Below are positions 63,050-64,000 of a stretch of 64,000 nucleotides of DNA, piece after piece. This DNA is from Octopus vulgaris (lineage: Eukaryota). Location: the NCBI GenBank assembly GCA_951406725.2, contig OX597820.1, forward strand, positions 77,810,001-77,874,000, written 5' to 3'. The position numbers were made by a program, and so were the translations under genes. How positions within the stretch are numbered: the stretch's first letter is position 1; each line of letters opens with the position of its first letter. The notes below the pieces were generated by a model that saw nothing but the letters and a program-made list of their open reading frames with translations, searched no databases and was not told the DNA's origin.

Positions 63050-64000
63050 CATCGAGGACACCAATACTTCATCAGCAACGAGATCCCTAGTCACAGACTT
63101 GAGTGGGTCCCTCTCCCATGAAGAACTAGAACTTCTCAGTCTGGCCCCTAAATTTATAGTGAGCCAACAGCCGAATGAAAAAAATCTTATTCTACTTGGA
63201 AGCCAACTTTTGTCGAACAGCCTACCAACTCAAATGGCAAACAGTGATAAAGAAGAAAAGCAACACACTCGGCAAATTCTCCATGTACCAACTAGACCAC
63301 CCACTCCACCCACCTCCAACCAACAAAGAACTCAACCACAAACTATCCAGATTGAACCAGTCTATCTCCAACAACTTAAGGAAGGAATCGAAAACAACTC
63401 CAAACTTAACCAAGGAGCAACATAAAATACTGACTAAACTACAACAAAAAAATCTTGTATAATTACCATCAGATAAAGGAAAAGAAATCGGCGTGATTTC
63501 TTGTGAAATATATGATAGGCTGGCACAAGAACATTTAAGCAATGACAGGTTATATTCTGAAGTGACAGATATAACTGCGACCAGGATTGAGGACCGAATT
63601 AATACCGCATGGGCGGACATCTGTAGACGGTGACAAATATATGATCAATTCAAGAACAGTAGATTACCCAGATTTTATCACCTCATTAAAACACCCAAGA
63701 ATTTCAACACGATCCAGGTTAGACCCATCGTCTTCAGTGTGGAAGGACCTCTATATAAAATATCTGGTTACTTTCTCACATCCTGAAACCCATACTCACC
63801 ACCTTTCAAGGACACGTCAAGAACTCTGACTAAGTCATCAAAACACTGCACCAATTATCCCTAGACCAGCTCAAGCAAAACCGATATGCCTTTAGCCTTG
63901 ACGTTGTCTCAATTTACACAACGGTGCCAGCACACTCGGCGGTCAACCTATTGACTGATTGTATAATAGCGTCCAATATTCAATGCTTCGGACTTACCGC
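63050..64000 (+). mobile_element. Penelope-like retroelement, N-terminus and start of RT, frameshifted; continues beyond the window
   Basis: LSHEELELLSLAPKF, NLTKEQHKILTKL, ILPSDKGK..YDRLAQEHL, PRFYHLIKTPK, RPIVFSVEGP and FSLDVVSIYTTVP follow the characteristic PLE motif order (DKG, RPIV, SLDV.SLYT). Confidence 0.85.

Overview
AT-rich, repeat-saturated eukaryotic DNA, either intergenic or a large intron. The SINE, LINE and microsatellite mix suggests a coleoid cephalopod such as Octopus, but that is an inference. I could not identify any host protein-coding exon, rRNA or tRNA gene. Most ORFs in the track are microsatellite translations. The genuine coding remnants are all transposons: (i) about 11 fragments from several families of R4/Dong-like non-LTR retrotransposons (RT, CCHC knuckle, PD..D..K endonuclease), mostly sitting in (TAA)n or compound triplet arrays, one with an uninterrupted ~880-codon frame (9261-11906, minus strand); (ii) two full-length DD34D mariners in inverted orientation, plus a mariner fragment and MITEs; (iii) Tx1/L1-like, RTE-like and Penelope-like RT remnants. 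The window also has a Helitron-like element and three abundant tRNA-type SINE families. The most notable signals beyond this annotation are RNA-structural. These are minimal hammerhead-ribozyme motifs in short microsatellite-anchored repeats (two diverged copies point outward around a Dong insertion), several long fold-back palindromes, a covarying 3'-UTR stem-loop shared by five divergent R4/Dong 3' ends, and a SINE tail shared with a (TATC)n-embedded LINE-like 3' end. All structure calls were made by eye and need computational and experimental checks.
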